A stretch of 64,000 bases of DNA from Macrostomum lignano (lineage: Eukaryota), in contig NIVC01003659.1 in NCBI GenBank assembly GCA_002269645.1, forward strand, positions 20,733 through 84,732, written 5' to 3'. Shown here in pieces: positions 39,301-50,379 of this stretch. Made by a program: the position numbers and the translations under genes. A model generated the notes under the pieces. It was given only the letters and a program-made list of their open reading frames with translations. It made no database searches and was not told the DNA's origin. Position 1 is the first letter of the stretch. Every line of letters starts with the position of its first letter.

Positions 39301-41230
39301 ACTGAGGGATCAAACTAAAGAAGTCAGTCGAACTTACTCAAAGCTTGTGCTCAAACTTACTCATTATCTGCGACTCCGCAGTGTTTTCGGTGGCATCCAG
39401 AATGTCCCTGGCGTTGGTGTAGCCAGAGATGTAGTCAAAGCAGCTGTTGTTGGTGATTAAAAAGCTGAAGTTTTTGCAGTAGGTGTCGTAATCTGCGTTC
39501 AGTGCATCTGAAATTTTTTGAACGATCATTTGTTTTGTAGTCTGAATTGGAATCATTTCGGGACTAATTGGAATCATTTCGGGACTAATTGGAATCATAG
39601 GACTAATTTGAATCATTTCGGGACTACATGCAATCATATCGGGGCTGATTGGAATCATCTCGGTACTAATTGGGATCATTTCGGGACTTATTGGAATCAT
39701 TTCGGGACTAATTAGAATTATATCAGGACTAATTTGAATCATTTCGGGACTAATTGGCATCATATCGGGACTAATTGCAATCATTTCGGGACTAACAAGA
39801 ATCACTCGGGGACTCTTAAACAAACCGTCAATAGGTCTACATTTAGATCAGTAAATATGATTGACTGGCCCAGGTGCATTGGCGAGCACCTGAGAGGTCT
39901 GTTATAAATATTTCATTTAATCAGCACCCGCTTCCGCGACGAAGTAGCGCGCACGGAAGGTGTGGGCCAGTGCGTTTAATAAATCAGGAAGCGGGCTGTC
40001 CTTCCTCAGGTCCTGTAAGCCTGTTTTCGATGAGTCGAAATTTTATATTTCTCGGCGCTGGAGCAGGGGATAGGCATAGCGGAGGCGTGACTTTGATGCA
40101 GCAGTGCACGCAGAGCAGTGTCCGCTTCCTTGAGTAGCTTTAATGAATCGGATTGAGTAGCTTAGGGAATCGGATTGAGTAGCTTAGGGAATCGGATTGA
40201 GTAGCTTAGGGAATCGAATTGAGTAGCTTAGGGAATCGGATTGAGTAGCTTAGGGAATCGGATTGAGTAGCTTAGGGAATCGGATTGAGTAGCTTAGGGA
40301 ATCGGATTGAGTAGCTTAGGGAATCGGATTGAGTAGCTTAGGGAATCGGATTGAGTAGCTTAGGGAATCGGATTGAGTAGCTTAGGGAATCGGATTGAGT
40401 AGCTTAGGGAATCGGATTGAGTAGCTTAGGGAATCGGATTGAGTAGCTTAGGGAATCGGATTGAGTAGCTTAGGGAATCGGATTGAGTAGCTTAGGGAAT
40501 CGGATTGAGTAGCTTAGGGAATCGGATTGAGTAGCTTAGGGAATCGGATTGAGTAGCTTAGGGAATCGGATTGAGTAGCTTAGGGAATCGGATTGAGTAG
40601 CTTAGGGAATCGGATTGAGTAGCTTAGGGAATCGGATTGAGTAGCTTAGGGAATCGGATTGAGTAGCTTAGGGAATCGGATTGAGTAGCTTAGGGAATCG
40701 GATTGAGTAGCTTAGGGAATCGGATTGAGTAGCTTAGGGAATCGGATTGAGTAGCTTAGGGAATCGGATTGAGTAGCTTAGGGAATCGGATTGAGTAGCT
40801 TAGGGAATCGGATTGAGTAGCTTAGGGAATCGGATTGAGTAGCTTAGGGAATCTGATTGAGTAGCTTAGGTCTGGTCTATTATAAACTCCATCACTCACC
40901 CTCAGTATTGACCCTGTCGCACAGGCTCCACAGGCTTGAGTAGAGGTTGAGCAGGCAGTAGCCGGTGCTGTTGGACGTCAGCAGGATCATACCAGTCAGC
41001 GTGGTACTCTCCGCGTCCGAGTACAGCAGCTTCGGAGAGCCGTAGTAACTCGACGCCGATTGCATCACGCTGGTGTTCACCAAATTAAAGTTGAACGTCA
41101 CGGCGTCCCAGTTGCTAGTGGCAACGCTGAGCACCAGGAACAGCAGGCTGACGGCTGAGAAACTCGACGCAACGGCGATCACTCCGATGCTGAATGTCTG
41201 GCAGGCCTTGGCTTCCGGGTTCTTCTGCAT
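36344..41230 (-). CDS. Claudin/PMP22/EMP-superfamily four-TM membrane protein, ~294 aa. Exons (minus): 41230-40900, 39507-39361, 38659-38522, 37967-37846, 36490-36344.
   Basis: Exons of 331+147+138+122+147 = 885 nt splice in frame with GT-AG sites, ATG to TGA. The protein has TM1-ATSNW, LYSSLWSLC (GLW-x-x-C-like), a Cys-containing glycosylated loop, two further TMs, and GWS..W plus TM4. The start codon is assumed; an in-frame TAG lies upstream. Confidence 0.85.
36575..37190 (+). repeat. 34-bp minisatellite (~18 copies), claudin-like intron 4
   Basis: ATAAACCGGAAGTGGATAAACAGGCGTCACGGAG. Confidence 0.95.
37655..37840 (+). repeat. 16-bp minisatellite abutting the exon-4 donor
   Basis: GTGCTCAAATCCCATA repeats. 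Confidence 0.88.
38040..38505 (+). repeat. 22-bp minisatellite, intron 3
   Basis: CATATCCGCACATCTAGACACA. Confidence 0.92.
38850..39290 (+). repeat. 24-bp minisatellite, intron 2
   Basis: GAGTGGCGCCACAATAGGACTCAA. Confidence 0.92.
39545..39810 (+). repeat. 21-bp minisatellite, intron 1
   Basis: GGAATCATTTCGGGACTAATT. Confidence 0.88.
40143..40870 (+). repeat. 22-bp near-perfect minisatellite (~33 copies), intron 1
   Basis: GGGAATCGGATTGAGTAGCTTA. Confidence 0.96.
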
Positions 41231-41652
41231 GACGCAGCTGCTTGACGACCTTGAGCTGATCCGTTTCTACTAGCTCAATGCTAATCCTGTATGGGCAGGG
41301 CTGCTGGTCAGAGAGAATATGGCGAATAGGGATAAAAATGAATTGTGTTCGCGGGATTTCAGGGAAGGCTGTGCAAAGGGGAGAGGAGGGGGAGGCTGTG
41401 AAACTTCAGGGAAGAATTGCTCACAAGGTGATGCGGGCTCTCTTCCAAGTGCTGCATCCAATAGGCTTTGCTTTACACACAGTTTCAATGCAAGGGAGGG
41501 AAAGCCTCCGGCTGCTGCTGCTGCAGTGGCGTGAGCTGCGCGTACACCCCCCTCTTCTCCCCTTTTCTTCCTTCTTTCCTTCACCTGTCTCTTTTGTCAC
41601 CAACCCGCCACCCTCGAAGGCCTGGACCAAAATTTTTTCCTCGTTCCTTATT

Positions 41653-41693
41653 CCAATCGAAAGCCGGCCCGCCCCAAATATCGCCATGGCAAC
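41653..41693. promoter_or_regulatory. Candidate promoter of the claudin-like gene: CCAAT, GC box, RFX X-box
   Basis: CCAAT ~41653, CCGCCC ~41668, ATCGCCATGGCAAC 41680-93 (minus: GTTGCCATGGCGAT), ~450 bp upstream of the ATG. Confidence 0.4.
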
Positions 41694-42159
41694 TAGGGAT
41701 ACAATGTAATCGGCGTACGCGCGCTATGCCAATGTGGTCTATACTGGATGCTTTCAACTGTATATCGTATGAGATCACGTGTACTCAAATGTGTACTCAA
41801 ATCTCCCAAGACTTAGCTATGAAGGATCAATACAGCTATTATAGCTGCTCAAAGGCCATTCTCGTATAGAGTGAATAGCCTTTGGGGCCATTCTTGCAGT
41901 TGATTGATTGGGAAATTTTCCTTCTTTATCCTTCTGAGTGCAAACCGTCAGGATTTGAATGCAGATATCCCAGCTTTTAGACCGTTATATACTCCCTCAT
42001 AGAAAGTATTGTTAATGAACTAGCAAACTTAGCCCCAATATTTCTTCTGCAGTTAATTTTCTTGCGAAAAATCTATATTTAAAATAGGTTTTAGTACGGT
42101 CACTACTGTCAATGTCTTAAATATTAAGATGGTTCAAGCAGAAGAGCATTTAAGACAGA

Positions 42160-42860
42160 TCCCCTTTAGGACACTGAATCTCAGCAGCTCCCCTTTAAGA
42201 CACTGAATCTCAGCAGCTCCCCTTTAAGACACTGAATCTCAGCAGCTCCCCTTTAGGACACTGAATCTCAGCAGCTCCCCTTTAAGACACTGAATCTCAG
42301 CAGCTCCTCTTTAAGACACTGAATCTCAGCAGCTCCCCTTTAAGACACTGAATCTCAGCAGCTCCCCTTTAAGACACTGAATCTCAGCAGCTCCCCTTTA
42401 AGACACTGAATCTCAGCAGCTCCTCTTTAAGACACTGAATCTCAGCAGCTCCCCTTTAAGACACTGAATCTCAGCAGCTCCCCTTTAAGACACTGAATCT
42501 CAGCAGCTCCTCTTTAAGACACTGAATCTCAGCAGCTCCCCTTCAAGACACTGAATCTCAGCAGCTCCTCTTTAAGACACTGAATCTCAGCAGCTCCCCT
42601 TTAAGACACTGAATCTCAGCAGCTCCCCTTTAAGACACTGAATCTCAGCAGCTCCCCTTTAAGACACTGAATCTCAGCAGCTCCTCTTTAAGACACTGAA
42701 TCTCAGCAGCTCCTCTTTAAGACACTGAATCTCAGCAGCTCCCCTTTAAGACACTGAATCTCAGCAGCTCCCCTTTAAGACACTGAATCTCAGCAGCTCC
42801 CCTTTAAGACACTGAATCTCAGCAGCTCCCCTTTAAGACACTGAATCTCAGCAGCTCCCT
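42160..42860 (+). repeat. 29-bp minisatellite (~24 copies)
   Basis: CCCCTTTAAGACACTGAATCTCAGCAGCT. Confidence 0.95.
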
Positions 42861-44528
42861 TTCGGCAGCTTTTGTACCTCAAGGGCTGGACAGCTCGTAA
42901 ATATTTTAGTTACTCTTCGTTACGGCGCGGCAAAGCAAACGCAATATGAAATTCTATGCGCGTTTAAAGAGAATGTCTCATGATTAACTTTACCTGCGTT
43001 TTAGCTGACTGCCTTAACAAAACTGCCCCCCGCCACTTTGATCCTCGGGTCTTTTTGTATTCATGTTAGCTAATTGAAGCCGGGACGTGCAGACGGTTTG
43101 ATGAACTGTGTGCTAATTTACTTTGAAGCCTTTTTCTTTGCTGTATGGCCCTTTGCAGTTTAACCTGTCATTCCTGTTATTTTTGCTATAGCAGCTCTTG
43201 CTTGCTCTAGGGAAACAGTGAATCTGAAGCTTGGGTATAAACTATGTACATGTAATAGGCGTGACGCGCGCTTTAAGCTAGAATGCGCAGTTCGCATGTC
43301 CTAAATCATCTTCACGTGTAGCTTTGGATTTTCCGGGTTTTAATTACGAAGCATACTAATTGCGTGTCTATATTGAACCAGAAGACTGGGCTTGCGTACC
43401 GTACATGTAGCTACATACGTATGTGTATATATATTACGTCGCTGCGTTAAGTAAGTTTCAAATTAATCAATTATGAAATTAACCATGTTGCAAGTCAAAA
43501 AACATTGTCAATTTGTCGCTCGATTTTTTAGATAATTAATTAAGAAGGCATGCCAACTGCCCCAGTGTCTAATTAGTAGTTAGATATTATTAGTTGGGCT
43601 TGATACAATCTGATCATGCATTCGCTGTTACACACAGCTTTCATGGCTTTCAGTTTTCATTAGCGAGGCATGCTTCAGTTAGTACATGTACAGCACGATG
43701 TGCATCTCCCCACATGCTTCAATTTAGATTAAGCGACAATGTAAACCTTTTTCAGCGATAGGAAACAAAGTTAAATAGTTTCGTAAAATTTTACTGCATG
43801 GTCTTGCTCGAAGTTTCAAGACGTAGTCAACATACACTTAATTGAGGTAAGGTAGCACGCTTTAGCAGGCAGAGAAATACAAAAGTTAAAATCAACATAG
43901 ATTATAATTAATTCTTTCTACCGACGCGATTCGGACCAACAATGGCCATCTTCAGGGTCTGGTGTATTTTTAACTCACACAACAACTTTATAAGTGAACA
44001 AATGTTAACTGTACAGTCCAAAGGGCATGTCATGGGCAGAATTTTCCAAAAATGTTAAGCATAGATTGCAAGTACATTGTTCAGACTTGTGCCTTTACTT
44101 AGAATACCTTGAGCAAATGGCCCGCACCACTATGGGAGAGCTGAATATTCAGATTAGGTTTTTGGTCTTTAATGTACATGGATTCAAGTATGTTGAGCCT
44201 AAAATCAGTTCTACACCGATCAATAATTTTAAACTGCTGAGTTTGCTCAATTTCGCAACAATTGTTGCAACAGAGCAGGTGGTCTTGGATAGCCGACCTT
44301 TTCAACCAATGCTCTCTGACTCTGGTGTACAGGTGCCTTTTAGTTTTACCTATATAGGTAATGTTCTGGTCAACAGAACAAGAGAACTTGTACACAGCAC
44401 CTGCCACAAGAGCAAGAGGAACATGGGATTTCAGTCTACTAACGTATTGGCCGACCTTAGCAGTGCGTTGTTAACTTCAATGTTGAAGTTGGTCCAAGAG
44501 CTGCAAACCGTGTAGGCCCTGTGCAACA

Positions 44529-45276
44529 AGTTTACCGCAAGCCCACTTTCACGAACTTGATGCTTAATTTTGGAGCTGTGTGTCCCAGACAGTGGAAAGT
44601 TGGCCTGATTCGTTGTTTGTTGCACAGGGCCTACACGGTTTGCAGCTCTTGGACCAACGTTGAAGTTAACAATCTCACCAAAATTCTGAGAATGAATCAA
44701 TTTCCCAAGAATGTCATTTGTAGTGAAATCAATAGATTCATCTCTAATAAAATGACGAACAAACCGAGTTTTGCTTCTGATATGGATGTGTTAAAAACTT
44801 GCCCGACCATGGTCCTGCCTTTCTATGGCAACTGCTCTAACCTGTTGAAGAAGAAAATTGAGAAAAGCTTCCGTAAATTCTTTAACACGCCTATTAAGAT
44901 TGTTTTCCGCACTGCTAAGGTCGGCCAATACGTTAGTAGACTGAAATCCCATGTTCCTCTTGCTCTTGTGGCAGGTGTTGTGTACAAGTTCTCTTGTTCT
45001 GTTGACCAGAACATTACCTATATAGGTAAAACTAAAAGGCACCTGTACACCAGAGTCAGAGAGCATTGGTTGAAAAGGTCGGCTATCCAAGACCACCTGC
45101 TCTGTTGCAACAATTGTTGCGAAATTGAGCAAACTCAGCAGTTTAAAATTATTGATCGGTGTAGAACTGATTTTAGGCTCAACATACTTGAATCCATGTA
45201 CATTAAAGACCAAAAACCTAATCTGAATATTCAGCTCTCCCATAGTGGTGCGGGCCATTTGCTCAAGGTATTCTAA
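44529..45276 (+). CDS. PLE RT C-terminus plus GIY-YIG endonuclease (truncated)
   Basis: VYRKPTFT, LHRAY..CS, YP/FP..VI, LPFYG and GIY-YIG motifs. Confidence 0.85.
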
Positions 45277-45412
45277 GTAAAGGCACAAGTCTGAACAATG
45301 TACTTGCAATCTATGCTTAACATTTTTGGAAAATTCTGCCCATGACATGCCCTTTGGACTGTACAGTTAACATTTGTTCACTTATAAAGTTGTTGTGTGA
45401 GTTAAAAATACA

Positions 45413-45458
45413 CCAGACCCTGAAGATGGCCATTGTTGGTCCGAAACGCGTCGGTAGA
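45413..45458 (+). ncRNA. Minimal type I hammerhead ribozyme of the PLE
   Basis: ACC-CTGAAGA-T-GGCCA(TTGT)TGGTC-C-GAAAC-GC-GTC-GGT: intact core, short stems I and II, palindromic ACGCGT stem III. Confidence 0.75.
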
Positions 45459-45559
45459 AAGAATTAATTATAATCTATGTTGATTTTAACATACACTTAA
45501 CAATGCGCAAAGAGGCCAATTGTTAAAACCATTTATCAGCATTTGGTGGCATAGACATG

Positions 45560-46050
45560 GGAGCTTAGACAATGTGTGTGGCTCAGGATTCAGATGGACA
45601 TCTTCGGCGAGATCCACGAAGCGTACTAGCCAAGTGGCCATTGACATTGACCTGCACTCCAAGTGGCTTGAGATTCGGTCTGCGGCTTCGATGACGGTTG
45701 TTGTTGTTGTTAGACCAGGGCCGGTGCCCGCAATGGTGAGCGAACTCTCAATGTGGTTGATCGCCTCCGCAGGTCTCCTCCACAGATCAAGGAAGGCGAG
45801 CCCGGTCGGGGCAGACGGACAGTCGAAAAGGTGCAAGGACGTGTCTTCAGCGGCGTGGCATCTCAGACAAATGCTTGGAACCGGGTCAATGCGGTGCTAG
45901 TAAGTCAGCAAGATGAATGCAATGACCAGATCGCGCACTTGAGCGAGGTGTGTGCGCTGGGCCCTGTTGAGCCAAGACTCCGAGCGATCAACTTCAGGTG
46001 GGGCGGAGCGCAGCAACGGACGCGGTGGAAGGTGGCTGACGTAGTTGAGG
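45560..46050 (+). pseudogene. Degraded Ty3/gypsy-like integrase fragment
   Basis: RIQMDIFGEI..ID.HSKWLEI resembles gypsy RLHIDFAGP..VDAHSKWPEV; downstream W..V.V..DQI-like segment. Confidence 0.45.
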
Positions 46051-46554
46051 ATGGTGATGAGGACTCATCTTTTTTCAATCTTAAAACCGCACATTTTGCT
46101 TCGATGCGCTTTCCCCCTACTGTCAGTAGGCTAGCTTAGGATTTTCTCTCTCTTCTCTCATCTAGGCTGAGATCTATACTAACTTATGACATTACTATTA
46201 ATTATGTTAGATACTCAATTTACTTACCTTAGGATTCTAATTTTGGATTGTTTACGCATCTTTGAAGGTCAGACTGTCTGGGTCTGAGGCGGATTGACCT
46301 CTGACAGTCTAGACAGGCGACACAAGTCTGGGAGGAATGTTTTTAATCTCATTCTGACCCCCTGATTTGTTACTTTTTCACTATTTTTAGTGATTTATGA
46401 CGTTCTAGCTGTCACTTTTGGCTCCAGCCTGTCTGGGTCAAAGAGGTCTTTCCAGCTTTCTCCTCACTCGCTCTGTTACCTTCTCCTTTGATTTATGGGC
46501 GTTTGCAGTCACTTTTGGCGCCAGGATGTCTAGCCAAGTGACTTTTATTATGCT

Positions 46555-48105
46555 TTGCACATGATTTATGACCGCACCTGTCAACTTCCCTGGGGTCTAA
46601 AGGCCACCTGGTGGGGTGGGTTTTGGGGTCTTGAGCTCAGCCAATCAGAGACGACCTGACTGCCCCCGGCTCGACCAATCGGAAAATTCGGCGCCTATTT
46701 TAACAAAAGCTCTCAGCCAATCAGAAAATTCGGCGCGCGTTATAACAAATCGGCCGCATGAGAGCTATAGAAGGCGGCAAATCGACCCGCGCTCGAAAAG
46801 GCCTGCTTGGACCTCCCTTCTTGCACGGTCCTAACCCCGTCTTAGACGGCCCTTTCGGCATCTGCTGCGTCTTCGACGTCTGGTCCCCCTTCCCCCGGCA
46901 GTTTCGGCTTCAGCTGCTAAGCTCCCCTTGTGAGGCATCACCAGTTCCCGGCCGTGAACAAAGAGCTGCAACAGCAACCGGAAAGTGAAGAGTAACGGCG
47001 GCACTCGTCAGTTAAGATCAGCAGCAGCATCCCATCCGAGCGTTTTGGTCTCTGCGGATCCCTTGGCTACCGGCAGTTAGGTCCTCTGATTGGTTTGGTG
47101 AGAGGCTATCTTAACCTGCTAAACTAGGTGTGCCCTTTGTCTGACCCCTTCCTAGGTAGTCTGATAGGATTTGCACTTTTGCTTGCTTGCTTTTTGTGTG
47201 TCAAACTCGAGGCAAAAGTTTCATTATAATACTAAAAGTAGCCATTTGCTCTGACTCAATCTAAGGTGTTTAGGATTGCGGATTAAGTGAGAAAGTTAAA
47301 TCTGGAAGTTAAAGACTTGGCGTTTTCTTTCTTTTTCGCAGTTCCAGCTGAGATGAGTGGCTAGATCTAGAGGCAGAGGTCACAGTGGACCGGAAGCGGC
47401 ACAGTTCTCAGTCAATCAGTCGATCTCGGAAATCACGATAAGAATGCAAATTAAGTGCCAGACTGGCACTTTCGTGCAGTCTCAGGCAGCTAAGCGGCTA
47501 AACAAAGTTAAATATTAGTCTAACGGTCTTCAAAAGTAACAATGCATCTACATCAACGCAATCTGTCGACGTGTTAACACATTTAGTGCCAAAAGCGTGC
47601 AGTTACGTGTATTTGTACATGTACTTCTGGGAATTTGGTAATGAAATAGTACATTTAGTAGTGTATAAAGGCTCGCCAGCGCAAGAACCCCCTGCAAAAG
47701 TCCTCTCTGTCCCTGCATGGCCAATGCGATCTTAGTCCCAGCAGCGTCCCTTCTATTCGGCTATGACTTCGAGATTTAGACAGCTAAAAGACACTAGATG
47801 GCAGGTAAGTGCAGTGCCCCTCTGAAGTCGGAAGTCCGATTTCGATAGCTCCGGTTTGGTGAGCCGGGGCGCACGGACTGGTGGCAGCGGGTTAGTTAAT
47901 CTGCAGATTAGCTAATCTCTACCTTTCAAATTCTCCCTGCTTGTCTCTCGCTGTCTTCTCCTAGCTATAGGACCTTGTTGCTCGCCCACAATCTAGCTAC
48001 CATGGGGCTGACCATCTGACGGGAGTGAGAGGCCAGAGCTTTAGGTGATTCATTTCTGAGTTCTGAGGCCCGAAGCTATAGGCTTAAAAAGGCCGAACCC
48101 ATCAA
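46555..48105 (+). mobile_element. Unclassified ~1.5-kb repeat, copy A (CCAAT boxes, conserved intron)
   Basis: Colinear with the reverse complement of 50380-51895 along its length. Confidence 0.7.
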
Positions 48106-48109
48106 TGGC

Positions 48110-49340
48110 GCGGGGGTTGTAGCGGTGGATCCCAGGAGGGATGATGAAGTTAACGGAGTTGAAGAGCAAGCTAGGTGCAGAGCTGATGAAGATCACTGCG
48201 GGTGTTTCTTTCTAGCAGGTCTGGCCGATTTGAAAGGTGGCATGGCACGACTGATCGTGGTCCTGCATGCAGTGCAGAGCCAGAACTGAGCGGCCTGCAG
48301 GAGCTCCCAGTGCTGTTTAACTGGAAAGGCCAAGAGGCATTCCTGGTGCATGCAAGATTGGCAGCCGGTAATGACACGAAGACTCAAAATGCCGCTAAGA
48401 AAAGTTAGTGTCGGACCTGTCAATGGCCTTGTAGTGGTGGCCAGCAGAGTTTCCTTATCTTGGCCCCACGAGCTGCCATGAGAGAGCCTTGAGGACGCTG
48501 TTGCTGGCTCGGATTGTGTTGGCCGCATGCTTATGGAATTTTAGCTCGTAGCAGCGGGTCGAAGACAATGGCCAAAATTATCGGATTGGTGACGTACGGG
48601 ATGGCGCTGCCAAGAAAAAAAGAGGCAAAGCTTGGCGGAACTCGTGAGTCGTCGAGGTAAAAACAGTGGCGGGGTCGATTTGCCTGCGACAGCTGCAGGT
48701 GTTTGTTGCCCGGATATAAGCAGGGCATGTCCAGCTCAGGTACAGTAGGGCTGTAAAAGCAATGGAAATGCTGGTTATGACGGATGAGCGCGCGAAGATG
48801 GTAATGTCGTCCGCGTACTGGATGAGCTTGACCAGAGGCGGAGGAGGGAGGTCAGGTCAGACAGGTAGAACGCGAAAAGAAGCGGAGAGATGACGCCTCC
48901 CTGTGGAACTCCGGCACGAAGCAGGCGAGCGTTGGAAAGCGCGCCACGGAATTCAACCCCGGTGTGGCGCCCTCTGAGGTAGCCATGCAGCCAGTGGACG
49001 TCAGAGTGCGAGGAAGGCTACTATAGCCACCTGCAGCTTCGGACCCGGTCGAAAGCTTTTTGAAGATCGAGTGCTACCCGGAGACTGCGTTTGGTGGGTT
49101 TACGGCAGTTTTGCCCGTTGCTGATGAACTGAACCAGATTATGATTGGAGCAGTGGTGGAGTGCCTTGGTCTAAGCGATGCTGCCAGTCTGGAAAAGAGA
49201 GCGATGATTGAAGACGAGGAAGAAGGACTTTCTCTAAAATTTTGATCACCGGAGAAAGAATGGAGACCGAATGATAGAAGTTGCCAAGGCGGGGTCTTTA
49301 ATTGCCAGCCTTGGGAAGATCGAGAGGCATAACTTCGGCC
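48110..49340 (-). pseudogene. Degraded non-LTR (LINE) reverse transcriptase and C-terminal region
   Basis: RPRHSTT, ALDLQKAFDRV, GVPQGGVISPLLF, QYADDITI, RVITGC..LPVK.H motifs across frameshifts. Confidence 0.8.
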
Positions 49341-49722
49341 GGCGTCCATGAATTATACTTGTAGAAGGTGAAATGCAGGAGATAATTTCGTCAGATTAAA
49401 AAAAGGCATCGCCGACTTCCTCAATTGGGCCTCTTTACTTGATGGAGACAAGGGAGACTGCATGTACGTCGTTCCCCGTCCTTCTACATGTATAACTTGA
49501 CGAGGCCTAGTCGACCCTGGAGCCGTCTGTGGAAGTTTAATTGGTGTTAAAAAATCTAGCTTATATATAGTTATGTACGAGTACGTTGAACTATAAGTGC
49601 GCACCGGCCTTCCAGGCCTCTGTCACTTATTCTACCGGCCTGCAATCACTTTTCGCAACTTGATTTGGCCCACGCGTTGCCTCACGGCACAGCCAAGAAG
49701 CCCTGTTGCATTTTTTATTGGT

Positions 49723-50345
49723 CTTGAGGTAAGGTAGCACGCTTTAGAAGGCAAAGGAAAATAAAAGGCAAAGGAAAATAAAAGTGAAAATCAACATAGA
49801 TTAAATTAACTTCTTTCGACGCGTTTCGGTCCAACAAGGGCCATCTTTCAGGGTCTGATGTATTTTTTACTCACACAACAGCTTTTATAAGAGATAAAAA
49901 GAACAAACGTTTACTGTACAGTCCAAAGTGCGTATCAGGGTCAGAGTTTTTCAAAAGTAAATGAGCAAAGATTATGAGTACACTGATCATGAACTAGTGC
50001 CTTCACTTTGAACACCTTGAGCAAATGGCCCGCAACCACTATTGGGAAAGCTGAATATTGAGACTTGGTTTTTGGTTTTTAATGTACATGGATTCGAGTA
50101 TATTGAGCCTAAAGTCAGTCCTAGACCGATCAGTAATTTTGAACTGCTGAGTTTGCTCAATTTCGCAACAGCTGTTGCAACAGAGCAGGTGGTCTTGGAT
50201 AGCCGACCTTTTCAACCAATGCTCCGCAACTCTGGTGTACAAGTGCCTTTTAGTTTTACCTACATAGGAAATGTTCTGGTCAACAGAATAAGAGAACTCG
50301 TACACAACACCTGCCACAAGAGCAAGAGGATCACATGAGATTTCA
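49723..50345 (-). mobile_element. Second PLE fragment (GIY-YIG C-terminus, 3' repeat, degenerate hammerhead)
   Basis: ORF 50039-50317 is close to 44099-44407. CTGAAAGA..GAAACGCGTC at ~49815-49855; tail shared with 43843-43885. Confidence 0.85.
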
Positions 50346-50379
50346 GTAAATCTCAGTTTGGATTAGAGATGAATCTTTT

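Larger units (their letters stand above)
43843..45490 (+). mobile_element. Penelope-like element (PLE), 5'-truncated, with an inverted 3' duplication
   Basis: ORF 44521-45276 encodes the RT thumb end plus GIY-YIG (GVVYKFSC..YIGKTKRHLYTRVREH, CCNNC). Arms 43885-44467 and 44908-45490 are inverted copies. Confidence 0.9.

Noticed and set aside
38833-39823. Repetitive-protein ORFs (APLSSPIV, ISPEMIP)
   Set aside because: In-frame minisatellites within introns; only 39507-39361 behaves as a true exon.
44027-44515. Plus-strand 162-aa ORF (and the 44791-45348 minus ORF)
   Set aside because: Antisense shadows of the GIY-YIG region, duplicated by the inverted repeat.
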